Positions 50,258 through 64,000 of a stretch of DNA of 64,000 bases are shown here, in pieces (within the stretch, counting starts at the first letter, position 1; each line of letters begins with the position of its first letter). The stretch is from assembly GCA_028023455.1 (NCBI GenBank), contig JAQFVV010000002.1, positions 14,322,001 to 14,386,000 on the forward strand, read 5' to 3'. Below the pieces are notes generated by a model. It was not told where the DNA came from. It did no database searches and worked only from the letters and a program-made list of their open reading frames with translations. The DNA is from Epiperipatus broadwayi (lineage: Eukaryota; Animalia; Onychophora). The position numbers were made by a program, and so were the translations under genes.

Positions 50258-51060
50258 CAGAGTGTTCAAAAGTAAAGAGTCACCTACTATAAATAAATAA
50301 GTGGACATTTTTAACTGGTTCTAAATTATTTGTAGCCTGCAGATTGGTTCAAGTGTGATTTTGACTTTAGAATAATTCATGTTTTTGGTAAAGTGTTTTT
50401 TCAAAGAAACTGCGGGTATTAAAAGAGTATTTTCCCAAAAGTTTTCTGAAACAACAGTGCCTATCAATGTAGTGTGGCATTAATAGAGAAGCTCCATGAG
50501 AGGTTCATTTTGTGACATTAACTTAATGGATGATTATCTGTTCTTGCTGAAGGTAAACTTTTGAACATGAATGATTTAATGATACAGAATCCTAAAAAAT
50601 CAGTTTGAAAGATGGTGTTGGGGGGAAATCTTTTATCCTACAAAATGACTTTAATGCATTTATGTGAATAAAAGCATTTCTTTAAATGTTTTCTATTTTT
50701 TGTGTAGTTCCAGAAATTACAAATGAAGAATCGCAGCCCTTTTCTTATGTCAATGCTAATCTATTTAAAATGGACATTAATTGCAAATTTAAGTGATTTT
50801 TTTTTTTGGATCTGACTTAATCGTGATCATTTAATAGAATTTAAGCTTAATAGAATTTATTTTTTACTTTTCAAATTTATATAGCTCCAGAAATTACTAT
50901 TGAAGATAGTTTATATAAAATTTAATGCCACTAGATGACTAACATAAAAAATAAGAAATTCCATACAAAAATAGTAATTTAAATTTTTTGCTGAATTGTT
51001 TGCAAACTCTAAAAATGTGTATTGTTATCTTGAATGTATATATGCAAGGTTTTATTTTGA
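50258..51060 (+). mobile_element. decayed Tc1/mariner element (DUF4817-type HTH transposase)
   Basis: TIR-like CAGAGTGTTCAAAA at about 50258. FMFLVKCFFK...RVFSQKFSETTVP...GSFCD and VLAEGKLL...QNPKKSV resemble R.FLVE.YF...F..KFP..P...ETGSV.D...VLT.E...SP.KS. Confidence 0.55.
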
Positions 51061-53099
51061 TTGGAGATTACGAAGTCAATGAAAGTTGCATTCCAAGATT
51101 TCATAGTAAAACAAAAATACTATGTTAAATAAAAAGTTTATAAAATTAAATATACTCTAGCGGGAGGGTAGATAAGTATTATAATTATATATATTTGAAT
51201 AAATATAACAATTACATATATACCACCTCCACATTACATATAAAAAATGTAAACATACATTATTTATTTAAAAATATCAATGCTAATCAGAAAACTACAA
51301 AAGAAGTACAAACCATTACAAATATTTCACGCCATCAGATATAATAACTGAAAATGAGGTTACAATCTTTTTTGATTGTCTAAGATTATAAAAACAAGTG
51401 ATTACAAACAAACATAAAATTTAAATTAATAGATGTTATTAAAACCAATGTCAATTTAAATAAAAAATTATCCTCCTAGTTTCTTTTACTGTTATTTTGC
51501 TGCTATACAAATGCAGTTTTTGCAAGATAGAATTCCATCGATTGATACTGTATAGTAAGTTTTATGTGAATAAATTTGTGAGCTTAATGTAGGTGTAATA
51601 ATTGAATAAATATCTTGTTATAAACAAAAAAGAGCTTGCTTATGGTTTTGGCCTGAAATGTTAAAGAGAATCTTTATCATAAGATTTTGGGTGAAAGGGT
51701 TTGTGTGTGAATATTATAATCAGTTGTCCTGTGAATGAAAATTATGTGCGTACATTGATTTGTTATCCAATTTGTATCTTTTCTTAAGATATCAAATAAT
51801 TGAAATGCAATATTTTTTATATCAAGTTCATGAATTTATAAAGGTGAGATCTAAAAGTGATAGATTGTATAGTGAAAGTAAAAATAGAATAAAGTATTGA
51901 TTCAATGAATATCAATCGTGACCAATTAATTGATAGTATTTTGCTTTGATTTTACAAACTAATCATTTTTCAAATTTGTCCTTATTGAATAATGCAACAG
52001 AAAATATTTGATACCTTATATGGCTTTTAATAGAAAAATAAAAGACTAGCTCAATAATATGAACAACTTAAATGGGTTATATAGAATTATTAAAGTGAGA
52101 AGTTAATAATTAGTATATAGATTTTTTGTGTTGTGCATAGTTTGATTTTGGAGTCACTGCTGCAGAAAGTACTGAAATATATTAGAATTTTGCAGAAAAT
52201 TCATTCTTTGCAATTTCATAACATGGTAAAGTCAATCTGGAGGCAAAATATACATAGTTTGTCTGAAATTAGGTGATCAATTAGGCATGATGCTATTACA
52301 TAATTTTATCATAATTATGGAGGAATTCAGAGCATCAATGACGTGTTAAACATGAACAGACTTGAACGTTTTTGGTTATTTGGAGACATTTTACAAAATA
52401 CTGTAGCTACGTATTAAATTATGCACTGTTATAAACCGGTAGGTAAGATTGTTTTCTTATTTAATTAAAAAGCAAAATAATTTGTTTGAAAAATAATAGA
52501 AACAAAAATATTTTGTAATGAAATAAATGATGAATATCACCAAATTACATCTGAATCCCTCAGAGAAATTTTGAATTCAAGTGTTTTATCTAATTATAGA
52601 TAGATTAATAATGAAGCTTGATAAAAGATGAGTAGTTGCTTATAATTTTTTTTTTTGGGAGAGATTTGACTATTATTAATAAATCAATCTCAGAAAGTAA
52701 AATTGTTTCCAAAGCTAAGACTTTAGTCCTTGTGTATAATTAGCATTTAAAAATATCTTTTTTGGATGAATTTTTATTTTCAAAAGTATATCTAGAGTAC
52801 AAACAGAACTTAATCTGCTGACAAGCTTTCTGACTAGAGATATTGCACTTCACATTTCCTTATTAATTATAGAGATGAGTGCAAAAAATGAACAAAAATT
52901 TTCAATGTCGAATCATATTAAAAAAAATGAATTGCAGTTTGGATTATCTCTATGAAAATTATCAACGATTTCTTTAGAAAGTGAAACATTAAAATAACTA
53001 CCTATTGACAAAATTATGAGAGAATTTACAAATAAAAAAAAAAGAGTAAACTGTACTTGAATAACCAATCTCGTATGTTAAATATGATTTTTATAATAA

Positions 53100-55650
53100 C
53101 GTGATTTGTGATAGCTTGTTTCTTCAAAAATTGATGTTTTATTAATAAATATGTACAGTTTTAAAATTGTATAATTTATATGGATGAAAATTATTTTATT
53201 TAGAAATATTTTTATCAGTTGTAAAACATTTATTGTTAATCCTGTTTTCATGGGCACTGTTTTAGATAAAGCAGTTCTGTTTCTTATCATTTAAATACTT
53301 ATTGTATATCTTTGCTATCTGCCCACTTTTAAAATATTTGTAATGATTGTGAGGTTTTTATATTCATAAAGTTAATTGTGTGCCTTCATCATTCAGAACA
53401 TTTAACATTTTAAAGAAATAATGGAAGGGGGGTCGTTGTTTGTGATTTTTTTTTAGTACTATATAATTGTTAATAGCATTCTTTTTCATGTTTTCTTTTT
53501 TTTTTTATAGTAATTCGATATTTTCAACTTATTGAAAACTTTCCAGTAACAAGTTGTTTTACGTCTTTGAGATTTTTATTCTCATTTATAAATTTTCTGG
53601 GTAGTTTTTAAGTGTATTTCCTTATCATTAACTTTTTATATATATATTTTATAGTATTCCTGATATATTTCTTCCTAATATTTCATTCACCAAATGTGTT
53701 TATATTATTTTTTATATATGTCTGAAAAGTTTTCAACTATCTAAATAATTTTAAAGTCTGCTGGAATATTTCTGAAAGCTAGGAATATTGACATTTGATG
53801 TGTTTATTAACTTTTATTTTCCTGCATTGAAATAATATTGTATATTTTTCACTAATTGGTCACATCCTGTTTATTAAGCATCTTACAGTCTTGGATTGTA
53901 TTTTTTTCTGTTAGTTAATATATACAGTAATCTAATGCTGCTGTATCTTTATTTGAATACTTCTGTGGACATTTTTATAATTTTTTAAATTATAGTGTAG
54001 AATTTTATTTTTACATTAAACCAACCTATTTTCTACTTCCATATGTAAATTTACACAAAGCTTATTAATTTTTTGATGACTTTAAATTCTGGGAGTAAAA
54101 TCGTCCACAATTTTAAAATATTTAGTCTGATCAAAAACATTGCATATGAATACAGAAATTATTTTGTCAGATGATAAAGAATGAGGGATAAACTCAATTT
54201 CTGCATTGGTATTGTCTCTCTAAATTGATTAATCTTACAAACTAGTATATCATCAATTTTCATGATATCACTTCCATTTTATTAACAATGAATCATTTAT
54301 GTTTCCAATATTTGTCTTTACTGTAAATTGTGTATCCACTTTTTAAACCAATTTGCTAACTTTCAAAGTTTGGCCATATTTCATTTTATTTCAATTTATT
54401 GAGCTTTCACTTGAAAGTGATCTACAGTTATAGATTGCAAAATATCAAAGACAACTGGGGCTTGTCTATAAGATGATCCCTTGCTTATACTAATTACCAA
54501 TTGGTTGATGACTTTACAACCTTTTGAATTTTGAGACATTTTTTTTTTCTAAAGAAAAGGCTCATACATGCATCGTGCCCTTAAAATCTAATCTGTTTTA
54601 GTTAAAAATTTAAAACAGGCAAAACTCACTATACGTTTTGCCACACACAGCAAGCTAGAGTAATCAATGGATGCCAGCAGGCTTGTGCATAAAATCCCTA
54701 TCTAGTGCCTACTCATCCAATATCCCCAGACTAGTTTCTGGCTTGTGGCCTTCGTCACTGAGGAATCTTGGATCTGAGAGCACTGCACCTAGATCCAAGG
54801 CTTTTCACTGACAAAGGCCACAAGCCAGAAACTAGTCTGGGGATATTGGATGAGTAGACACTAGATGGGGATTTTATGCATAAGCCTTCTGGCATCCATT
54901 GATTACTCTAGCTTGCTGTGTGTGGCAATACGTATAGTGAGTTTTGCCTGTTTTAACAACAGTTATACACAAGCGTAAGAGGTGGTGGTCATGTTATGCT
55001 TATTAGTTAAAAATTATTGGGCATATGAGAAGAGCTTTTTTTTTGGTCTATAAGATAAAAACTAACAAATTTATCATTTTGCGTGATGGTGATAAGGTTG
55101 CTATGTTCATTTACCATATGAATAATATAATAACTGCAACTATAAGATATGAATCGAATAGAAGTTTGTTGCGTTTTAATTTTTGAAAGTCTCAAAAAGT
55201 AAAAAGTCTTAACAGTTAAATAGGAAAACTTGCTAAATCAATTTGAATGCATACTTTTTTGTAGATAAAATTTTTAAATGGATATTGATTAAAAATAGAT
55301 TTTTTTTACTATTTCATGCAAAGATGTCATCTAGCACATTTTTGTATACAAACTTTTTGCATTCTTTTTTCTTTCTACAAGAAATATCTATTTCACTGAA
55401 GAATATCTTAAAGTTTTATTTCCTTCAATAAGTGCTTTTTTTTTCATATTCTGCTTGTTTAAAGAAGTATTCTATTAAATATTTTAGATTTACCTTTCAC
55501 ATTGTTTAGAGAGAGGTACTTCAAGATGATCATATAAATGATCTCTATCAAAGATAGATAGGTGCAATATGCTATCAAATGGAAACATTTGGTTATCATT
55601 GGTGATACTTTAAAAATAATTGCACCTTTAATGTAATTCTAATATTTCTA
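53100..55650 (-). mobile_element. scattered, very decayed RTE-like LINE fragments
   Basis: Minus-strand traces KQDVTN..KIYNII (similar to RQGDTISPKLF), LKWAD (similar to KWKWAGH) and SKIFNRILL (similar to KVFNQCILP). Confidence 0.3.
54614..54952. mobile_element. 339-bp near-perfect palindromic MITE flanked by TTAA (Kolobok-like termini)
   Basis: TTAA|AACAGGCAAAACTCACTATACG ... CGTATAGTGAGTTTTGCCTGTT|TTAA. About 135-bp arms with few mismatches plus an inner CTTGGATCT/AGATCCAAG stem. Confidence 0.9.
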
Positions 55651-57689
55651 ATTGGACCTATATCATAAGTGTTTATATAATGTAACAATATGTTACTTTC
55701 TTATTTTTTAACTTCATTTCTTTGGAAATTGTTAAATCATGTACTGATCTTAATCTCTTATCATTATACATAGGCAATTGTTTCAATTCATTTTAGTTTG
55801 ATATCTTTGAATCTCAAGGGAAGATTAACAATCATTATTACTATTGTAATTATAGCTACATTTTTGTATATAGTATTCAATATGTCATAGCAAAGAATAT
55901 ATGAGAGTTGCAGTGTCTGATTTAAATTATGGAAATGATGCATTGTGTGTTATGTAATTTATCTTTAACCAGCAGTTCATTATGATATTTGATTTTCATG
56001 TGGAGACATTGGTTACATGTAGTAATGCATACTACTTTTAATGTAGACTCTAAGGAGCCTCATTCATCCATCTTAGTGTGGGGCAACATTAAATATTCTA
56101 GAAATAATTCAAAGAAAAGTAAAAAGTTCATGATTTAAATGCAGATATGGGGGAAGATGAGAAAAAACATAAAAATATAGCAATATAATTATTCAATTAT
56201 AAATAATAAAATAGCTAAAATAACTTTAATTGGATTTCAGAAAAAAATTGAACAAGTATTTACAAAAACTGGTATAAATGTTCCTGGAATTTTTAAATAT
56301 TAATAGAATTTGGTCAAGAAAAAATAATATAAAAGGTAGCAATTGAGAGGTTTTATGATTATAGAAAAAAAGTAATTAACTTTTTAAATACCTGCAAACG
56401 TACTTGCAATAAAAGAATTACAGTGGAGCTATGGTTTAGACATTTAAAAATACCCTCTCCCTCATGTATAGTAAGTAGTACACATTTTGTTGATAAACTG
56501 ATAATATGTATTGTTTATTGAACTTCAAGTGTACATTACATTTCAACATGCCCACACATAACGTATAGTATGCATAATATACAGATGAAATTATAATACA
56601 AAATTTTAAAATAATATAATTGTTAATAATAAATTGAAACACATTTTACTGTGTTCATTCATTGAAAATTTTTTTTTTTAAACAAAAAATGAATAGCAAA
56701 ATGTCTGACTTTCATCGCGAATATGCATGCTCTGGGTGATATTCTTTTTTTTTCCAATAATTTTTTTGTAAAATTTTTAGCATTATACTTAGGAAACATG
56801 AAGTATACTGCACATGAAATGTGGAAAGGATAATAAATGAAAAATATGTACTTTCAATATAATCTGAATAATTGTATTAACATGATTATGCTTCGAGACA
56901 AAGATGGCTGCTAGTATATTGTAACATTAACATTTTTTTAAAAAAAATATGACATTTAAAAATTAGGAAATGACTACAAGAATATAAATTGTATTAAATT
57001 TACAGATTTTAATGTTTGTTTTCATTTTTATTCACTAGCATACAATTGAGATTGTGTATATTTATACAGAATAGTTTGTGGTTTCACTATATTAATAAAT
57101 GAAAAAACTGAGTACTTGTCTTATAAATCACAAAAAGAATGTTGAAAACAATCATTTGTTATTAAGGTTTAGAGACATAACCTGAAAGGATGTAAATGAT
57201 TTTATATTTGAACCATTTAAAATATGAACCTATTCAATTATAAATTTTCACGTTTATTCAATTCTTACACATGGTGTATTAAACTAAGAGTGGAGTCGAT
57301 CTTTATATGAATTGAAAGTTTGCAAAAATATTCTCTGAGGTCAATTATTTTAAACCATTAGAACATCACTAATTATTTTTGTAATAACTTAGATTTCTAT
57401 TGTTAGAAAATCAATATAGTATGTGATTATTAAGTTTTTTATATTTGTTATGTATATGCTTACACTTTAATGATTGTTTATTCTACTATTTATCATATCT
57501 TTCTAAACATTTCTGTAAGTAATTTCATATTTTCATTAATGGAGGTTATTGGTTTCATTTTATAAAAAAAAAATTGTTTTGTGAGCTTATTTAATTATAA
57601 ATAAGAATGAAAAAAAAGGATTATTTAGTATTCCCATTGTTCAAGTAAATTAAAGAGATCATTTTTTTCTTTAAATTTAACTAGATACA

Positions 57690-60600
57690 TTTTTTTTTTC
57701 AAGAAAAATTTTATTATTCAAATATATGGGATACATGGAACCTGTCTGTGAGTCGAATAGCTCTGCGTAAACAATTCAACAAAAGAAAAACAGGATATAA
57801 CAAGTTAATTGAAAAACATGGAGTTCTATGGGCAAGTTAAGCCCAGGATTAACCATATAAAAACCAATGTCTTTATCATTAATCTAGTAATGTATTCCCA
57901 TCAGGGGGGAAAAGTCTAATTAGGTTATCCTGGGCTTTTCAATGTCAATCAGTTCCTATGTGCTCTTGAACATTATTTGAGAAGTTATATGATTGTCTTT
58001 TATAGTCTTAATCTTGATTAATATTATTAGACGATCCGTGCAACTGGTATTAAATAGTGTACACCATGTCAGCCAAAAATCTTACACTTAATTTTCCACA
58101 AAAATGCCTGATTTGATACTTTGAATCAATGTTGACATCAGTGTGCTTTTGCTTTTGCAGATTGAGCACATTAAGGTTCTACAGGTTTCCAATTTAACAC
58201 ATCTGACAAAAATGTGTTCAATAGTCTCTTTCCTCTGACAATACACATGTCATCAATAGATGTATATCCTGTTTTTTGTTGAGAAGCTACCTGTGGGAAG
58301 AGCATTAAGATTGATCTTTATCAAGAATTTTAAATATTTCAGCTCCAGGCACTACCATCTAAAAAGATAGTTATGTTGAGTTGATAGGCTCTATTATTGA
58401 TCTGGGATTAACTTCATTTTTGTGATTTCATATAACAATTCAGAGAACCAACAATTCGCACTAGGTGGTGGCATGTCTGTGGGATTCACTTCAATTGGAT
58501 AAAAGTTTCGAGGGATATTGCTATTCTGGAAAACAGATTGAAGGCGCTGGAGCCAAAACACCTGCAGCGAATGCAGCTCCAGACCATTTAATTTGGTAGG
58601 TCTTTGCATTTTCCTGAGGCTGTTCGCTACAGTCTTGCCTCCCCACAGGAGTAGAACAGCTGGAATTGATGCGAATGAATTTCTCAGTGAATTTAACAAA
58701 TGGTATGAACTGCAATCCTGGAGAACAACATGTTCAAGAGAGCTGTTTTTGCATAAAGGGAAATGTAAACTTTCTATAACAAACCATTAATCTTGTTAGC
58801 TGCTGTTATGATAGAATTTTGGACTTCTTATGGCTAGCGGTGAGGGGTTAAACAAAGGCCAAGAAATTTGGGGTTCTGGCTCCCCGAGGATAGCCCTGAT
58901 TCATCTGAAAATTTAGACATTACCCTCATGAGCCCAGGAAGGTACTTCCAAGATGGAAAGAATACTGCCTGGTCATACATCTAAGCAATGGGATGGAAGA
59001 TTTGTTCTAGGGTTTTAGGAATGAATTTACATACAATATAAGAGGGCACTCAGAGGAGAGCCCTGAGGGATAGATTTAGTAGGAATGAATGAATCAGACA
59101 AATTTACCATTAAATGATATTGATATTCGTCTATTAATAAAGATTAGATATGTTGATCATTTCAAGGTGAATGTTCAGTTTATCAAGCAGCTGTACCAGG
59201 CAGGGAATTCTGACAGTCAAATGTCCAGCTGCACCATGATGAGTTTAGATCTTTATACTTCTGGTATGATCTACAATTAATTTGAGAGGTATTCAATACC
59301 TCTACAATTATTTGAAGAGGCTAATAGCCTCTGATGTAGAGGCCCTTTTTTTTTTCAAACTGAAAGCTAGATACTTCCAACAGAATCTGATCGTGGAAAT
59401 TGTCCTTGATTATAGATTCGATGATTTTAATTATTAAAGGTGTCGTGAATTTTTGGCTATAGATTTTCAAGAGGGGAAGGGATCATTTCCCTCTTGAGAG
59501 AAACTACCTCTGGATGCTTTAAGATGAATTTTGTGATACCATGGAGACCTGGATGCGTTCTGTCTGGCATCTAAGCAATTTTAGATCAAACAGCCTTGAG
59601 AATGCCATGTTGGAAATTGGGGTCTGCTAGTTTGCTCTCATAGTGAGTTAAAAGCTGTGTTAACATGGGGATTTCAGAATAGGTCATCCCCTATTTTAAT
59701 AGCTGTTGGAGTCTTGGATTTACTCTAGCAACCAAAAGCCCACCTAATATACCCCCTCGAAAAAGTATGAGGTTTTGTAAGATAAAACTGACTTCTTGGT
59801 TGCCAGGTATTCATGGAGAATCTGCTGTGTACTGAAAAAAAATGCTGTTTTAAAGTAAAAACCACTTGAGTGAGTTGGAGGTATATTTTTTAAAGCTTTT
59901 TGGATTCTGTCCCTTTTATGGAGTGCTGTTGGTTCCTTGTTCTTTCTAATGTAGTGCTGAATTAATGATATATAGAATATTTATGAATGCGAACCAACCC
60001 TCTGCCGGATTTAGAGAGGTTAAATTTTCTGAAAAAAATGTATGATTCAGAGATGATTGCCTCGAGCCGCAGATTTTTGCAATAACCTAATCATGGGTTT
60101 GGTCTGTGCACAGGGCTGAGGAGGTAAGTCAATGGATAGAGTCTAATGGCATGGTCATTGGAGAAGCAACAAGATAATGCCGGGTTAATGTAAAAATGTC
60201 ACTCCAGGGAATAAAAAAGGTCTTAAAATGGAATATTACCTTGTATAGAAGGAGCAAGAACATGTGGAATGCATTGGTATTTAGTGCTAGATTTATTGTA
60301 AAGTTTTATGAATCGATACATCTTTTTTGAGATATAGAAAGATATTAAAATTTACATAAATTTTATCTTAATTGTAAAAATCATATTGGCATTTCAAAGG
60401 CTTATTTTAAGACTATTAATTGGAGAGTTATGTGGAATTAAAATTGCAACTCTGGCTGAGGGGTGGTTGGCTGTGGAATAATAGAGAGACCCAAACTTGT
60501 GTAACTTTTCTATTCCTGGGTTTGTGTTGGAATGGAGCTTGGTCTCTGCAAAACATACTGTATTCAGATAGTGATTAATTGCATCTATTCTTTTGACGTA

Positions 60601-62740
60601 GTTGAGATCCTGTGCATTAACACTTGCAAATTTAAAATCCCATGATTAAATACAACCAATGAGCAAACTCAACTGGCAGAATGGTTGACGAAGCAAGTGC
60701 ATCTTCATGGCATCATATTTCACCTTTGACCATCTCTTCCTGATGGGGAATCTCAGATGTTTCTAGAACTCCATCTGAAGAAGGGCAATCAGAGTTGGGA
60801 GCACCAGATAGTATAGCCGGTTGAGTTAAGCCCACGCTGATTAAATCCTGCAAGCATTCGGACTGGTTATTATACACCATCACATCTTTATTATTATGCT
60901 TAAGTTTCCCTTACTCCTGCTAGAGCTCGAATCAATATCTGAGGAGCTCTTGCTAGTCCAGAAAAATTATTGAGGTCCAGAGAAGATAAAAGGCCTGTAG
61001 ATTTCCCATTTCTTGAGGTCTTTCTCTTAGTCTTGCCACATTGCACAGATAGTTCCTCTGTCAAAGGAGTTGGAATCTACCTGATACCAATGGTTTGGAT
61101 TCCATAAGGGTCTGATCTGAGCTGAGGAGATAGGTATATCATTAATGTTTTGATCCAATGATTTATGAGATTCCACGGTTCCAGAATCTGTACCAAGGTT
61201 GATTTCATCATATCATGCTGGTCAAACAACAAAGTTGGTTGCTTGTGAAGGTATGTTTTGTTTGTCAATGGGAATAGCAGCTTGTTTGCTGTAAGTATAG
61301 TCCGGAGGATATCGGTGGAAATTTTTGATTTTTTAGTTTGACACTTATTGGAGAACCTATTAGGACAATCCCTCACAAGGTGGGTTTGCATCTAACACAA
61401 GTATTGCAGCAGTATTCATCAAAAAAACAAATTAGGGCGGCTGATTCAGTGCAGTGGATTGTCGGGATTGCAGTGGGTAATATACCTTTCATAAGAGTCA
61501 ATTTAAATGTAGCTGAGTTTGTAAGCACCAGCTATTAGCACACCTCTTTAAGATGTATTCAAAATTGTCTACAGTACTGTATAGCCTTGGTAGTCTACAA
61601 ATCTTGCTCATAGTTTATATAAGTTTCTTACATGTCCCTCTAGTATTATAGGCCAGTTAAAATCCACTGTTACCACCTGTTATCACAAAACTTCAATGCT
61701 TCCTTTATAATCCTTTTTTACCATATGTTTTTGCACTATAATGATGAAACGGTTATTGGGGTGGTTTAAGAGTTTGTGAATATGTTATAATCCTTTTTAA
61801 TGATATTTGATTGCACAATTCATCTATAGGAAAAGGAAATAGATTATTAAATTTAACCACCACCAATATGAGTTTTTTCATTGTAGTAACTTCAAATGGA
61901 ACTAAGTAATTGCTGAGGGACTGATTGGATGAAGTCCCTGATAATATTGTTGATTATATTCTTAATAGTAAAAATCTCATTGTTACTCATGTTCCTGATC
62001 CATATCATCAGTGTCAAAATATAATAAATCTGCCTTAAAAACTGATTATATTTGGTTGTAAATTAGGTTTTGGGTTCGGGGATTGTACAATACTGGCATA
62101 GGAAATCCTTGCAATTTTTTTCCCCACAAGATCTTGCATCTTGGCATTTATCTCATTTGCAGTTTCTAGATTAGGTGTACCAAAATCAAACACTTTTCTT
62201 AATGTTTCTTGGTCCAAATGATACATGTTTCTTTTTTTGAAAAACCTTTCTAATAAATTTGGAAATTCATCAGGTCTGACCACATTTTCAATGTTTTCAG
62301 AATCCATGGAAGAGCCCTAACTATGAATGAAAATATTGCTTGTGGAAGGTTTAGTTTTTTTTGTAACTTTTTGTTTGAGAGATTTTGAGTTAAAAATTGA
62401 TTTTTTAAGATCAACAGATTTTCTTAAGGCTTTCTGATTCATTAATGTTATTAACTATTTTCATTTAAAATGCTATTGCTTGAATTTTTAATGATCTTTC
62501 CTACAGGTTTATTTTTGGGGGAATCTTGTTTAAACTTTGTGTATGCATGGATTAGGTGTTGCTTGTCATTAGGATTAAGTTTTTCATTGAAAGAAGTGTT
62601 TATATTTGTCTTCTTACCTTCTTTCTTTGTGATTCTCTTGAAATTCCAGAAAATTTCTTTGGCATCCATTTTGCTAGAAGAGGAATCCTTTTGTATCTCT
62701 GAATCAGGTTCTCCCACTGAGCCCATATTTTGACAAAAGA
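57690..62740 (-). mobile_element. near-full-length decayed Tx1/L1-like LINE (ORF1 with CCHC knuckle; APE-RT-zf ORF2)
   Basis: Poly(A) tail at 57690-57699, zf-RVT-like LPT....C...ETIEHIFVRC (about 58250), LLWGGK..L....P..LNGL, IPQGSPLSALLY (about 59060), APE start FKFASVNAQDL...KR...AETK (about 60630), and ORF1 pieces HLVRDCP and SYASIV. Confidence 0.8.
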
Positions 62741-62889
62741 GTCAAAAATAATTAAAAAAAATTAAATCTTTTGGTTTTAATATGACAAAAGCACTTTTTT
62801 TTTGTAAAAAAAACAGCAAAAATCACATCTAGTCAAATGTGATATACTGTGGCTTCTTAAACAAAGTCGAGAATATCTCGGCAATTATG

Positions 62890-64000
62890 CTCAGATAAAC
62901 CTTTTAGCCACTTTATTTTCCATTCTCCACTCAATTTTCCCATATTCTGCTCCATCCCATTTCCAAAACAAAACTGTCAACTCTATAACCTTTATATCTA
63001 AATTCCCCTTATCTTTTCCCAAACCCAGCATAAAAACCAATAATTCACTTTCTGTATAATCATTGTTTTCATATTTATTACATTTACCCTTTCTGTTTTC
63101 AAGCATTTACATTCAATTAACAAATGCCTAATATTTCCTATTCCTTCCTTACATAATTTACAGACTAAATCACCCATATTTTTCCATTTACATGTATATT
63201 CTTTTGTAGCTAAAGATCCCATTCAAGCCTTAAACAATAAACTACTTTCCTTACTATTATCATATTTTAACTCTCACCTAATATTGTTTATTTCTATATA
63301 TTTAAACTCTCCATACTATTTCTCCATCTCTAACTCCCTATTCTTTATTAATAAATCTTTTATCCTATTCCTTACTACTATAATACTCCAATCATCTTAA
63401 CATAATCATCCCATCTTTTGTACAAATACACTGATATAAATTCTTTATCCAAATCTTTTACATACCGCATTACCTTTCTCACCCATTTTGTTACCTGCCC
63501 TTGCCCTTTACTCATAACCCAATTAAATACTATTTTAGCTATTTTATTATCCATAAACTGCAATCTACCAAACATTTTACTTTTTGCATCTCATATGAAA
63601 ACTTGACCATCCCATTTCTCCTTGAAATTGCCTCCTTTGCTGTCCATTCTTCTGCATCCAATGTATGTCTTCCTACTTCCCTTTGAACTTTTTCTAAGTA
63701 ATTTAATATCTCAGTAACATAATGCATCATTACCATATGTTAACCCTGCTACTGCAACCCCTTCCCATATAATTCTAGCTACATCATATTTATTATATGA
63801 AAACACTTAATTTCTTTATCTATCCTTTTCTTTGCTTCATTTATCAATTTTTTCTCCCATTCATCCAAATAATGTTTCTGATTACTTAAAATAATTCCCA
63901 AATAACTATACCTATTCACCACACTTAACTTTATATCCCCCAATAAAAATTCTTTGTCTTCTCTTTCCCCAGTATTAACCATCATTATATTTGATGAAAA
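62890..64000 (-). mobile_element. 3' part of a second non-LTR retrotransposon (RT thumb + C-terminal CCHC), clade undetermined
   Basis: NRYSYLGII, LEKVQREVGRHTL.A...AKEAI, FGRLQFMD and GSLATKEY...CKLC..GIGNIRHLLIEC. Continues beyond the window edge. Confidence 0.75.

Noticed and set aside
51520-52100. Possible second piggyBac remnant (SID..., YGFGLK, YID...)
   Set aside because: Motifs are too degenerate and spread over several frames to support a call by eye.
52141-52225. Candidate exon LILESLLQKVLKYIRILQKIHSLQFHNM
   Set aside because: Plausible splice sites, but AT-rich composition, TE-remnant surroundings and no compatible neighbour.
54750-54815. Hammerhead-like CTGAGGA plus stem at the centre of the palindrome
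   Set aside because: No GAAA after the stem on either strand.
13-64000. Most 60-100-aa ORFs in the supplied track (F/I/L/K/N-rich)
   Set aside because: Composition is as expected for random open frames in very AT-rich DNA or antisense frames of TE relics, and no recognisable domains were seen.

Overview
Very AT-rich eukaryotic DNA, probably from an invertebrate animal (inferred from composition and transposon spectrum). No prokaryotic genes, rRNA, true tRNA genes or CRISPR arrays were seen. The window looks like intronic or intergenic DNA packed with nested, decayed transposons. Well-bounded elements include four TA-flanked pogo/Tigger-like MITEs in two subfamilies, two TTAA-flanked foldback MITEs with Kolobok-like termini, and two solo LTRs with 5-bp TSDs. 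There is also an internally deleted Mag-type Ty3/Gypsy element (21048-25090, TSD ATATT), a 6.1-kb Merlin element with 8-bp TSD and about 3 kb of cargo (25159-31298), and a 3.3-kb non-coding foldback element with about 500-bp TIRs and Merlin-like ends (46272-49600). Less well bounded are a hAT transposase relic, a probable long-LTR Gypsy relic (40.5-50 kb), a near-full-length Tx1/L1-like LINE, and RTE, Penelope, piggyBac and Tc1/mariner remnants plus two tRNA-derived SINEs. A few candidate + strand exons (best: 36110-36283 and 5312-5415) and a CpG-containing promoter-like patch near 1.65 kb suggest an unidentified host gene with very long introns. No intact transposase or retrotransposon ORF is present. 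All family assignments come from motif recognition by eye and were not checked by database search.
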